Source of the DNA: Octopus sinensis
Taxonomy: Eukaryota
Length of the DNA: 64,000 nucleotides
Reading direction: 5' to 3'
Assembly (NCBI RefSeq): GCF_006345805.1
Contig: NC_043001.1
Coordinates: 9,424,001 to 9,488,000, forward strand
Positions 40,440 to 53,111 of this stretch are shown piece after piece. Each line of letters starts with the position of its first letter. The stretch's first letter is position 1. Under the pieces are notes generated by a model that saw only the letters and a program-made list of their open reading frames with translations, had not been told where the DNA came from and did no database searches. The translations under genes were made by a program, and so were the position numbers.

Positions 40440-40960
40440 CACACAGAGGCGACATATACAAACGTAGAGCTTTTCTTTTCAAAAATGAAAAAGAAAAAGG
40501 GGGAAAAGACGATCAAAAGGAATCGTATATCACAGAAGAATACTTAAAATGTAAAAAGCAAGATTAGGTTTATCCGCGGAAAGAAAAGCCTATGGAAAAG
40601 ACCACGGTAGCCTCAGGCAAAGAGGGAATAAACACATGAGAACAAAACGCTCTCTCCCACTCTCTTCGATTTACAGGATCATGCTCAAAGTGGTTTCTCA
40701 CTCACACGCACCATTTTTGCTACATTCACCGGCCATTTTTTTAAAACTTTCACGAGACAAAACCTGCCTCTCCATTCTCACCTTACTTTTTAAGTGGTAC
40801 ATGAAAGAGTTGATGAGCGATTAGTCAGAGAGGTAAGTGTTTGTCTCTAAATCCTTTCACTCGAGTCCACCACACACATTATTTCACCACGGCCACCAGA
40901 ACAATGAAGACTGCTTTGCCTTCCCGGTTGAGGGAAAGTGGCGGAGCAATTGTCACGTAT
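40440..40960 (-). mobile_element. Tx1/L1-like LINE 3' remnant
   Basis: My translation gives AVFIVLVAVVK*CVWWTRVKG...LINSFMYHLKSKVRMERQVLS, followed by a T-rich 3' UTR. Confidence 0.5.
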
Positions 40961-41416
40961 TTACTCCAATTCTGCACCTTATATGCTGTCCCTTTTTTTA
41001 ATCTTTCTATCTTGAACAAACTGAAGCATATATATGAAAAGAATGTATATATATGATTTTGATTTTGATTTTGATTTTCCAGTTTCAGCTAATGAGCTGT
41101 GGCCATGCTGGGGCACCGCCATTTATATATACATATATATATACAAACATATATATACATACATATATATATATGAAAAGAATGTATATATATATATATA
41201 TATACATTCTGAAAAAGGTGAAACTGCAGTCTAAGATGAACAGAGTTAGTAAAAGTTTTTATTTTCACTTCACTAAATTTATCAAGCTTCTGTGTTTCTA
41301 GTACATACTTCGCCTTTAATGTACTTATATATGAATAATATATGGCCTGTGCTAGAAACACCAGCGATAATAATTAATTTTATTTTATCGCATTTTGAAT
41401 TTGTTTATATATATAT

Positions 41417-41448
<32 letters not shown>

Positions 41449-41497
41449 ATATATATATAATATATATATTATATATATATATATATATTATATATAT

Positions 41498-41835
41498 AAA
41501 TTAAGTTAGAGATAAAACTACTATTAGGCAAATCAAACTAAAAAACATAAACCAAGACATAAAAATAAAAATAATTAATATATATACACAATATATAAAA
41601 TATAAAATTTAAATTTTATATTTATATTTTATATATTTTGTATATCATATTAATTATATTTATTTTTATGTTTTGGTTTATGTTTTTCACTGTTTGATTT
41701 GCCTAACAGTGGTTTTATCTCTAATTTAATTTATATTATACTGTGAATTTGATTTAATCCTAAATCTAATTTTTCTCTGTAATTTGGGATTCCTCCCTAA
41801 TATTTATATATATATATATATATATAATATATATA

Positions 41836-41887
<52 letters not shown>

Positions 41888-42232
41888 ATATATATATGAT
41901 ATATATATAATTATATATATATATTATATATATAAATTAAGTAGAGATAAACTACTATTAGGCAAATCAACCTAAAAACATAAACCAAGACATAAATAAA
42001 AATAATTAATATAATATACAAAATATAGAAAACATAAATTTAAATTTTATATTTTATATTTTATCTATTTGTAGATCATATTAATTATATTTATTTTTAT
42101 GTTTTGGTTTATGTTTTTCACACTGTTTGATTTGCCTAACAGTGGTTTTTCTCTAATTAAATTATATTATCACTGTGAATTTGATTTAATCGAAATCTAA
42201 TTTTTCTCTGTAATTTTGGATTTACTCCCTAA

Positions 42233-42269
<37 letters not shown>

Positions 42270-42340
42270 ATATAGTATATATATACTATTTTTATATATA
42301 TTTATATCAGGGAGTAAATCCAAACTTACAGAGAAAATTA
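41498..42340. repeat. (TA)n-embedded foldback element, two tandem units plus an inverted tail fragment
   Basis: ttagagataaaactactattaggcaaatcaa...ttgatttgcctaacagtggttttatctctaa hairpins at 41498-41735 and 41934-42165; half copy at 56785-56910. Confidence 0.88.
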
Positions 42341-42849
42341 TACATATATATATATATATATATTCTTTTCATTTTATTCTGACGATGAAAACTTCTGACA
42401 CTTTCACGGAGTTATATGTACTTCCAAACTCACTGTAGTATTTAATTCATTTCATATTTATAAACTTGAACCTCCATTCGTACTAAGCAATTGTAATGCA
42501 TGACTATCATAGCTATCATAATTTTTCCATCATTTCACCATTTTGGAAAAGAATATAAAAATGAGATTAAGATAAAATGAATGGGATCCATTTCATCTAT
42601 CTATATTTCATTCTATCTTATATTACAAATCTTTATCGACATACTGTAACCGGAACAGGAAGATTGTTTTTTCCCCAAGAGATAAGCTTCATAAACTACA
42701 AAATATAAATATGCACACTACCACACTTCTTTTACACAATTCTTTACTTCGATTATAATGTACATGAAGGTATTTAGAATGCCCAAACACATTTCTACAT
42801 TTGTGCTAAGGACTGATGCCGATCATAGTTTAATCAATAAGCATAGGGG

Positions 42850-43205
42850 TGAGGTAAATGCAGTAAAATAGGTGTGTTCAGTGGGGCCCCATTTAAGCAG
42901 CCCTTCAGAAATTAAACCTCATTACGATACCTCCTGGAAGTTCATGGTATGAAATCCATTGTCATAGCTCCGATTTGGTGGCCAATGCCATATAATTAGT
43001 TTAAAATGCAGTAAAAATTGGTCGAGGTCTGTGGGGACCCATTTAAGCAGCCCTTCAGAAATTAAACTCCTTATGATATTCTCTTGAATTGGGGGAGTTG
43101 CTGGTTTGAGTTTCGTTGTCGTTGCACCAATGGTCTAGGAGGAGTTAACGAACATAAAATCGTAACGGACAGAGAAATATCACTCAAATTTATTTAAATA
43201 TATAT
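42850..43205 (-). mobile_element. Possible Helitron-like non-autonomous element with an internal direct repeat
   Basis: aaatgcagtaaaa...cccatttaagcagcccttcagaaattaaac occurs twice; the minus-strand start resembles other Helitron-like 5' ends. Confidence 0.35.
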
Positions 43206-43283
43206 ATGGATGCGTGTGGGTGGGGTATGTGGGAATAAATTAATAAATGAAGTCAAGCGCAGGTGTTATTCAAATCATTTATA

Positions 43284-43370
43284 CTTCCAACAATATTTCG
43301 AAAGGAGCATTGAGATTAATCCGGAGGAAATAAATATGATGTAAAACAATGCAATCATCTCGTCAGGAAA
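43284..43370 (-). ncRNA. Type-I hammerhead motif in the 3' region of a PLE remnant
   Basis: Minus strand tttc-CTGACGA-ga..gcattg[loop]caatgc..tc-GAAA-tattg-TT-ggaa; ~300 bp downstream of the GIY-YIG remnant on the same strand. Confidence 0.6.
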
Positions 43371-43681
43371 AAACACACACTTCAATAAACCATTTTAACC
43401 AAATGTGATTACCGCGTATATGATGAAGGGGGAATGCTAGCAAGTTATTTTAAAAAAAAAAACGTTAATAGATTTAACGTCAAATGTAATTTAGAGAAAG
43501 AGAAGGAGAAGAAAGAAAGAAATTGACAGAAAATTAAAAGCGGAAAATATAGTGTGATAGATGAATAGGAATTTAGTTTAAAAGCGTAAAAATGGATATA
43601 TATATATATAATGGAAATAAAATGTAAGAAGACAGTTAAAAGTCGAATTTTATAGATTGGTAGAAATTACTTATAGGAACT

Positions 43682-43990
43682 AAAGGTATGTTTTTGCCAA
43701 TGTTTACAGCGATGAACACGTTCTTTAGACGTGTTTACAAGAGTATTCTCCGGGAAAATGATAAGAAATTGCTCTTCGTTACAGAACGAACAAAAAGATT
43801 TACCTTTGTCATATAGGAAGGATCCAGACAGTATTTTCCATTCGAAACAGAATTATTGTTTACTATGTTCCTTTAGAGACCAAATTAATTTACTAATCCC
43901 AGTATTGTTACGTTTATTGATATGTCTAAATGTAGAATAATGGTTAGATATTCTTTTCGACAACCGACACGATGAGCTACCTACATAAAA
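43682..43990 (-). pseudogene. Penelope-like element GIY-YIG endonuclease remnant
   Basis: One frame, one stop: FYVGSSSCRLSKRISNHYSTFRHINKRNNTGISKLIWSLKEHSKQ*FCFEWKIL...YDKGKSFCSFCNEEQFLII...LVNTSKERVHRCKHWQK. Confidence 0.8.
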
Positions 43991-44129
43991 AAGATATCAG
44001 AACCGGATGTACTTAGTCTTAGAATTACTATTAAGGAAACGAATACGATTCGAATTTATATAAGAAATATAAATATTGCTGTTATTATTGTTCGAAGAAT
44101 GGTTAGCGTTAATAATATCAATGTTATTA

Positions 44130-44200
44130 TATACCCTCCAGCCTTCATCAGGTGTCTTGGGGAAATTTCGAACCTGGGTTCTCATTCCTAAGATATTTTT
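44130..44200 (-). mobile_element. Family A inverted partial copy, truncated inside HHR stem II
   Basis: Reverse complement of the ~44590-44660 segment. Confidence 0.88.
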
Positions 44201-44201
44201 C

Positions 44202-44268
44202 GGGCATATGGCGTAGTGGTTAAGAGCGCGGGCTAAGTTTCCGAGTTTGATTCCAAGCAGTGGCCTGA
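44202..44268 (+). promoter_or_regulatory. tRNA-like head with Pol III A/B boxes
   Basis: gggcatatggcgtagtggttaagagcgcgggct...gagtttgattcc; shorter homologue at ~54000-54040 with gttcgattcc. Confidence 0.65.
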
Positions 44269-44316
44269 ATAATAATAATAATGATAATAATAATAATAAT
44301 GATAATAATAATAATC

Positions 44317-44352
<36 letters not shown>

Positions 44353-44424
44353 GTAATTATAATGATAATAATAATAATAATAATAATGATGATGATGATG
44401 ATGATGATGATTATGATACAAATG

Positions 44425-44482
<58 letters not shown>

Positions 44483-44582
44483 TGATGATGATGATGATGA
44501 TGATGAAGATGATGATGATGATGATGATGATTGATGATGGTGATAATAGTAGTAATAATAATAATAGTAATAATAATAATAA
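44269..44582. repeat. (AAT)n/(GAT)n tract internal to the family A module
   Basis: Direct inspection. Confidence 0.95.
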
Positions 44583-44766
44583 CAGCATCAAAAACACCTT
44601 AGGAATGAGATCACACGTTCGAAATTTCCCCAAGACACCTGATGAAGGCTGGAGAGTATATCAGCCGAAACGTTGTGTAAATAACAAACAAGATGAGGAC
44701 AAATATCCGTCAAATGTAAACAATGTAAATAATGAACATAATTCCTCATCTCTTAAATATAGAACT
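44583..44766 (+). mobile_element. Family A body (PLE terminal-repeat-like)
   Basis: Homologous to 12200-12360 and 54075-54112. Confidence 0.88.
44635..44678 (+). ncRNA. Minimal type-I hammerhead ribozyme, canonical core
   Basis: acac-CTGATGA-a-GGCTG-gagagtatat-CAGCC-GAAA-cg-TT-gtgt; palindromic ACGT stem III; predicted GUU site at 44674. Confidence 0.82.
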
Positions 44767-45974
44767 GTATTATCATTAGATTCGCTTTGATTATTTTACG
44801 GAAAATGAATATTTCCTTTGAAACTAATAAAGCTGGTAAAAGTCATCAGAGAAGTTGATAATATGCATGTTTTCGGGTATTGTGGTAGAATGAAAAGTGA
44901 CCCATGGCAAGGTGACCTGAATTTTTGGTTGGACGCAAAGGAACGCTTGGCATCTTGTACGGCATTTTGGCAGCAGACGTAAGGACGTTTGTCATGTTCT
45001 TCGTTATTTTGATAGGAGACAAAGGAATGGTTGGTGCAATGCCAGGCAATATTTCACAACGTAAAAAGACGATTTCTATATCGTCCGACATTTCGACAAA
45101 ACAGAAAAAAGTTGCATGAATGTTTTGGTAACAATGTGATTAAATGCAGAAGAGTTGCTGTGTTAACTTGCTCTACAACCTGACTGAAAGCAATTAGTGG
45201 AGGGCTGGACATTTTATTCAGCAATTTATCTAGCATTTAAACATATCAGAAATGATACACTGAGAGCATTTGTTCACACACTCTAACAATTATGTCATTC
45301 ACCGTATTTCTAAAGATTGAAATAATAGAAACTCGTCCTATTACTTACATTTAACATCGACAAAGATCGAAAAGGAAATAACAGATAAATAAACTGTTTA
45401 TTTCGTATTTCTGTCGTAGACTTATGAGGTTTGTGCTATTGTGTTTTTATTTAAATTTATCATTGTTAACATTTATATTAAAGCTGATAATAACAAATGA
45501 TATTTCGAAAAATAAAATTAAAGACAATACAAACGAAAGAAGACAAATTAATGAATTCTTCTTTCAGATAGGAATCTTTGTTTTACGTCTACATTTTTAT
45601 GAAGTGAAAATGCATTTTCTTAATTATTTGCCTCAAAGGCTAAGACAGGGAAATGGTAATGATGGTGGTGATGATGATGGTGATGGTGATGCGGGAGGGG
45701 GGAAGGCGGTTGGGATGATGACGACGAGGACAATGAGGTGATGATGAGAAGGATGCTGTTGTTAATGATGGTGATATGGTGACACTGACGGTGATGATGA
45801 TGATGTTGATGATGAAGACGAGAAAGAGGAGGAGGACTGTACTGTAATGGTGGTGGTGGTGGTGGCGACGATCATTATGGTGAAGGAAGATTGAGCAGTA
45901 TAGGCTGTTGTATACGTGTTGTTGTTGTTGTTGTCGTCGTCATCTCGTTGTTGTTATGGTGAAGTGGTGAGGAC

Positions 45975-46560
45975 AAGAAGGAAGAAGAAGAAGAAGAAGA
46001 AGAAGAAGAAGAAAGAGAAGGAGAAGAAGAAGAAGAAGAAGAAGGAGAAGGAGAAGAAGAAGAAGAAGAAGAAGGAGAAGAAGAAGAAGGAGAAGGAGAA
46101 GAAGGAGGAGAAGAAGAAGAAGAAGAAGAAGAAGAAGGAAAAGAAGAAGGAGGAGAAGAAAATGAAGAAGAAGAAGAAGAAGAAGAGGAGGAAGAAGAAG
46201 AAGAAGAAGAAGAAGAAGAAGAAGAAGAGAAGGAGAAGGAGAAGAAGGAGGAGAAGAAGAAGAAGAAGAAGAAGAAGAAGAAGAAGGAGAAGGAGAAGGA
46301 GAAGAAGGAGGAGAAGAAGAAGAAGAAGAAGAAGAAGAGAAGAAGAAGAAGAAGAAAAGAAGAAGGAGGAGGAGAAGAAAAGGAAGAAGAAGAAGAAGGG
46401 GGAGAAGGAGAAGAAGAAGAAGAAGAAAAAGAAGAAGGAGGAGGAGGAGAAGAAAAAGAAGGAGGAGGAGAGGGAGAAGAAAAAGAAGAAGAAGAAGAAG
46501 GAGAAGCAAAAGGAGAAGAAGAAGAAGAAGAAGAAGAAGAAGAAGGAGAGGAAAAAATAA
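45975..46560. repeat. (GAA/GGA)n polypurine tract
   Basis: ~580 bp of almost purine-only sequence on the + strand. Confidence 0.98.
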
Positions 46561-46849
46561 CAATAACAACATCAACATGAAGAGGGAAAAGCATGAGAAA
46601 GAAGAAAAAGAGCATGAAGAAAAAGAGCACGAAGAAGAAAAACTAGTAGTAGTAGTAGTAGTAGTAGTAGTTAGTAGTAGTAGTAGTTGTAGTAGTAGTA
46701 GTAGTGGAAGAAGATGAAGAATATTAAAAAGACGTTGTGGAAAATTCTGATGATAATTTCAGCTGTTGAGATATAATGAAGGTGATATTGTTAATGTTAC
46801 CGTTAGCATTGCTGCTGATGCTGCTGATGCTGCTACTGCTACCGCTCAC

Positions 46850-46897
<48 letters not shown>

Positions 46898-47289
46898 AAT
46901 ATACATCAAAAGTATATTCAAACACTAACAAACTAATTATGATTCAGTTATAAAGTTTCTATCCAAATAGTTAAAATCACTGCAGAATTTTGTGTGTATA
47001 TGTGTCATTATAGATACATACATATATACATACATACATACATAAATACATACATACATATATATATATGTGTGTGTGTTTGTGTGTGTGTGTGTACACT
47101 CACACACACATATATATAGATATATATGTATGTAAATATATATATGTGTGTATGCGCATGTATGGATGTATACACTTACACATATTTATGTCTATATGCA
47201 TGTCTGTATATACCCTCATATGTATACATATAATTATGTACAAATACACACATGCACACGCATATACATGAGTGTATGTATGCATGTAG

Positions 47290-47321
<32 letters not shown>

Positions 47322-48410
47322 GCTTAAATATGTATGTGTGTATATATATATATATATACACTTAAATATGTATGAGTATATATTATATATATATGTGTGT
47401 ATATGCACGTATATGTATACGTATATATATATCCATATATGTCCATATATATATGTATATATAATATATATATATTATATATATATAAGTATATATATAT
47501 ATATATATAAAAGTATATATATATATATATAAATGTGTGTATGTGTGTGTGTGTGTGTAAACGAGTAGCTCTTCAAAGACAAATTTGTTGGCTTGTTTGA
47601 TTGGGCCTATAGGATGAAAACTGCTAAGATGCTCAGATCAAAGGAAAATCTGAAAGAAACACCGAAGAAGCCGCCAAAACAATTCTAATGGTACCAACGT
47701 AAAGTTATATGTATATAGTGGCTTATTAAAAGAAAAATAACCATAGTTATTAGTTCTGTTCTATTATGTTTTCGCAGTTCTTGCTGCTTCATACTGGTGC
47801 AATTGCAGACTTCTAAATAATGGTCTGGAGCCGTACATGTGAATTTGTGAGTTTGATCTACAGCATGTCTACATACGTGCGTGTAAGAGTGTATATGTGT
47901 TTGTGTGGGTGGAAGATGGGGGGATGTTTGGAGTTGTTGCAGGCCGAGAAGACTGTATAGTGTTTTAGAAATTGACACAAATATATCGTTCGATGTAAAA
48001 CTCCCGCTTCCAATGTCTAATTTGTATGTTCGGCTAAATATAATGTTTTTGCCATTCTTACTGACAAAGAAATAACGAACATTCTATATGCTTCCCTGTG
48101 TATGTACATATGTATATATGTGTGTGTGAGAGAGAGAGAAATACGTGTGTGAGAGCAAGAAATACAAAGAGAGAAACAAACAAAGAGAAGAGAATAGGTG
48201 TTTATATAAAATTGCATGACCAACTGGTCGGAAATATCTCTATTCAATTTCAGGGTTCCGTGTTCGATCTCACAGTGAAGCATCTACGGTCAGTGGCTTC
48301 TAGCAAATTCTACCGCTTCTGTTCACAGGCTTACGATTAACTTAGAGTAGTTTTATGGCGTATACAACTAGCCAGCTTCTGTGAATGCCCTGACTATAAG
48401 GATTAATCAA

Positions 48411-48489
<79 letters not shown>

Positions 48490-48564
48490 AGTGTGTGTGT
48501 AAGTGTATGTGTGTTTGTGTTTGTGTATCTGTGCATTTCATCATGTTAAACCGTTAATCCCTAT

Positions 48565-48748
48565 ACATCTTTTTCTCTCTCCGTTTTTTGCGTTCTCCCT
48601 CCATATTTCCCCTCATCCCGCACTGTCGAAGGTCGTAAGCTTGAAACGTCAAAGATTTTTCCCTTCTTCCTGAGCGTCAAACAAATACACTTGCTTGTTG
48701 CTTCCTCACTCTTGTCTTCGTCTTTTTTCCTGTAAAATTTAAAGTATA
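48565..48748 (+). mobile_element. Repeat family B, diverged, with HHR remnant (48623-48655)
   Basis: CTGTCGA-a-ggtcgtaagctt-GAAA-cg-TC-aaaga plus the shared downstream body. Confidence 0.7.
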
Positions 48749-49672
48749 TGTATGCATACGAAATTAGATCTATATATATATGTATATGAAATCAAACCGA
48801 ATAGCGATATTTTGAAATCATTTCATACGTACGTTTCATGCCTGCGTAAAAAATATAATAAGAAATGTATCAATTTGCTTAAGTATCTGGAACAAGTATC
48901 GAAGAGCTCCGAGCAACCATAACGGTGAAACGTGCGTTGGAACTTTTATATAAACTTGTGTTTAACACTTTACATTTCTTACAGTTACTCTGTAGTTGAT
49001 AACTAGCAATACTGCTCAGTAAAGAAGTTATTTAACAACTATACAAGAAGCAGACTGGATTATGAAAATCCACTAAATGTGTGTATGTGCGCACGCGTGT
49101 CAAGAATGTTCTTTTTTATCTAGACACCCTGTCATATAAAACTAGATTGTATATGTACTTCTTTCTGACCAAAGTTCTAGTATTTATTTTGTATATTCTT
49201 TAATGTAAAATATTAAATTTTAATACGGTGTACGCAATTGAAACAGTATAAGATTAAAATAGCCATCTGTGTACCATACTTAATGTATAAACACCATTGA
49301 AAGGTATAATGTTGTGTGTGTCTGAGAGAAAATCTCTTCATAAACGTGTAAAATATATATCAGAGCAAGGTGAATATCATATGAGCAACATATGAGCATG
49401 TCAGACACATTTCCTATCACTGATGTGTACTCGATAAGTTACATTCCTAGGCGAAATCTAACCCTTATGATATGTAGACAACAGTGTATAATACATTCAC
49501 TGATATTGCGAAAAGCTTCCAGGACTGAATAAAACCCGGTGTGTGCAACTGAAACAACATTGAGTTAAAAAACATCTGCCCCTTTTAAAACAAATGAGAT
49601 TTTCTTGCTTTTTTTTACCATCCTTTGTACAGTCAGTCACTCTGTGAATTAAATTTGTACATATTTCAATGT

Positions 49673-49960
49673 GATCACGTGACCGACCAGTCAATCAGAT
49701 GTAGTTACACATCGCTGGTCACAATGTTTTCGCATTGTTTTAGCCTTCGAATGACGCCACCCCGCTGGCTAAGCGAGCAGGCCAACAGAAGAAAGAGTGG
49801 TGAAAGAGTACAGCAGGGATCACCACACCCTGCCGGAGCCTCGTGGAGCTTTTAGGTGTTTTCGCTCAATAAACACTCACAACGCTCGGTCTGGGAATCG
49901 AAACCGCGATCCTACGACCGTGAGTCCGCTGCCCTAACCACTGGGCCATTGCGCCTCCAC
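49673..49960 (-). mobile_element. SINE family 3 with 14-bp TSD
   Basis: acatatttcaatgt at 49659-49672 and 49961-49974; intact tRNA-like head. Confidence 0.92.
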
Positions 49961-50796
49961 ACATATTTCAATGTAAAATCTTAAATTTCAAAGCATGGAG
50001 CGATATCATGTTTCCGTTTGTGATTCCTTCCACAAGGCTTTCAGAAGGCCTTGCACTTCCTGTTCCACAATCGTTCCTATCAGTGAAGTGCAGAATTCTT
50101 AATTATTTTGCTTCTCCAACAGTCTAAGATCAACCGTGGATATATAAATAATTCTTCCCACATCAGTAATCGATAGCAACCGACAGTGTAATTTAGGGAC
50201 TAAATTTGTAAATTCCTCATCAGCTTTCCAATAAACTCTGTTTTCTCCGATAATATTTTTCACAACATTAATAGTTAGTGAGTCTATCATTCGGAACTTA
50301 TCGAAAGTTACATCATTTTTGATCGCCTTCTTGGCTGCGGTGTTAAAAAAGCAATACACTGGTCGTTCGTGTTTTTAGTTTTGCGTTCCGTCGATATTAT
50401 TTTAACTTACGGATGTCACTGAATCTGTCTTTATTACATGTTGTTAAGCCTTTGTTTTTTTTTTTTTTATTCCTGCGATTACAAAATACCTTTTTGTGAT
50501 GCCTCAAGAGCTTTCTCTCATCTAAAGTCTTCAGAGTTTTTCGACTTAAAACAGTCTACATTGATTGTACACTGTCAAGAAGAGCGTGATAGTGTGTGTG
50601 TGTGTGTGTGTGTATGTATGTGCATGTGTATATGAGTGTGTGTGTGTGTGTGTATGTATGTGCATGTGTATATGAGTGTGTGTGTGTGTGTGTGTGCATG
50701 CGCGCTTCTGTCTTTTGTTTCCAAATCTTTTCCTTCAACACCGAGCAAGCAGCCGGTCCAAAAAATCCCCACTAAAATTCTAATTACGAATATAAT

Positions 50797-50925
50797 CTTT
50801 TCTACTCTAGGAACAGGGCCCGAAATTTTGAAGGCCAGTCGATTAGATCGACCTCAGTACGCAACTGGTACTTAATTAATCGACCCCGAAAGGATGAAGG
50901 GCAAAGTCGACCTTGGCGGAATTTG
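50797..50925 (-). mobile_element. SINE family 1, 3' fragment
   Basis: Alternative tail plus central domain. Confidence 0.8.
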
Positions 50926-51654
50926 TAATTACGAAGACAATACTACAAATGAATTAAATCGCTTTTTCATCGGTTCCAATAATAAATATTCCAACGGAAC
51001 GGCGTATCATTGAAATGTAGTGTAAAGAGTGACTAAAAAGTGTTCTTTATGTAACCTTCTGAATTACTAAGCGTATATATACAAGGCTTCCACACAGTTT
51101 TCGTGTCATCAAACTTCATTCGAACGGTTTAGACTGACCCGTGACTATGGTACAAGAAATATATCTCAGATACCATGGTGTGATATCGAACTCAAGGCAA
51201 CATGATTGCGAAATGAACGTCTTACTCATATGACTACAGTTGCATTCACACAAGCATATACGAAGCAATGAGGGAGCGTCTGTGTGGTCACTCGACTTCC
51301 CAGAAATAACAACAATGTCTCTCTTAAATAATATACCCTACTTTTTACAAAGAGGGACACATCAGACCACGTAGTATCTGATGTACAGAAAGACGGCTAA
51401 GTCCTTGATAGAACATCTCTGATTAAAGTTTTATACGACTTGGAACTGTACAACGACACACACACAAAATGTGACTAAGGTGTTAGGAAACTACAGCATT
51501 AGAGCGGTTTAGCTCTTATTTCTAGCAATGTTGGTGTAACCTTACACCCTAGCCGCATTTAGTGACATTTGTAATTCTCCTTTTTGGTAATAAATAGCAA
51601 ACTGATGCTTATTAATAATTTATATATACATACATACATACATATATATATATA

Positions 51655-51860
51655 TGTGTGTGTGTGTGCGTGTGTGTTTGTGTGTCTGTGTTTGTACCCC
51701 TAGCATTGCTTGACAACCGATGCTGGTGCGTTTACGTCCCCGAAACTTAGCGATAGAATAAGTACTGGGCTTACAAAGAATAAGTCCCGGGGTCGATTTG
51801 CTCGACTAAAGGCGGTGCTCCAGCATGGCTGCAGTCAAAATGACTGAAACAAGTAAAGAA
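51655..51860 (+). mobile_element. SINE family 2, 3' half
   Basis: Canonical tail. Confidence 0.85.
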
Positions 51861-52836
51861 AAGGGAAGTTTGGGGACATTCCTTTCTTCTCTGATTCTGT
51901 ACGAAGAAGCATGATTGAAAAATAGGGATCTAAGTTTACCTCCCACCATTACACGTACAACATTTACCCTCAACATTTCAGCTTATTTGTGTGGACATTA
52001 ACTTTGTCTCGTAAATAATTACTCTGATGAAGCAGAACTGAGAAGCAATGAATCTGTTTCTTCAAGAACAATTTAGCGCCGTAGGTTTAGATGGACATCT
52101 TGTAATTATATTTTCAACGTTTGATGTACAACTGTAACTTGACTTTAAATTGTGTCTATTAATCAGTTTCCTGTAACGCTGGTTGATCAGGAAACATTTA
52201 TTAATTGAGCCTAAGGAATGCTCAACTAGTGTGCATTTAGCGTTTAATTAGGATAGGAAAATAGACCAGATGTTTTTCAAACAGTTTTTCCGGTTAGAAA
52301 GCGGTAGAGGATAATGAGTGTGAGAGATTTTGTCCTCGTGTCCGCTCGGTTCTGCTGCGTCATTATAGTAAAGAGTCTCTTTATCTAATATATCTGTGTT
52401 GACAATACGTTAGAGATTCAGTTTTCAGAAACTACAGGTAGGTAGGTGGAATTTCAGAAACTACAGGTATGTAGGTGGAATTTTGTTAATATACATGGGT
52501 TCTGCGCTTAGCTTCCTAGATGACTGATGCTTATCAATGTAAGACATAAAAATTTAATCAAGCTTGTTAAGCTAATTAAGCGGAGATAAAGTCATTTCGC
52601 TATTTCTCGTGCATAATCCCGTTAAATGCTTGGATAAATTCGCACCTCAATTCATTCAAGTCGATGCCCGAAACAGTGAATTCAATATCAACAATGTAAA
52701 GGTGGATACTATCGTATTTTGTGTCTGTATATATATTTCTTCGATTAGAGGTTGTGTTAACCTCATGAAGAGGTGGTTTCATCCAAGGAAATACTGGTTC
52801 AATACCTAGTATTTTGGGGAATTAAATTCCTGAAAA

Positions 52837-52903
<67 letters not shown>

Positions 52904-52980
52904 CATACATATATATATATACATATACATACATATATATATATATACATATACATACATATATATATACATATACATAC

Positions 52981-53034
<54 letters not shown>

Positions 53035-53111
53035 TTTATATTTATATAAAAGAAGAAAAAGAAAATGGAGATGGGAAAGTTAATAATTGTTTATTATTAA
53101 CAGCAAATTAA

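Noticed and set aside
44202-44268. Functional tRNA gene
   Set aside because: Anticodon arm is deleted and no complete cloverleaf forms; treated as a repeat head. The same applies to the SINE heads.
44846-45300. Complex sequence that might be a decayed transposase or exon
   Set aside because: I could not obtain a convincing motif in any frame.
50099-50359. 86-aa non-repetitive ORF on the minus strand
   Set aside because: No recognisable motif or splice structure; may be a TE remnant. BLASTX would decide.
52024-52065. CTGATGA followed by a weak hairpin
   Set aside because: No correctly placed GAAA...UH; expected by chance.
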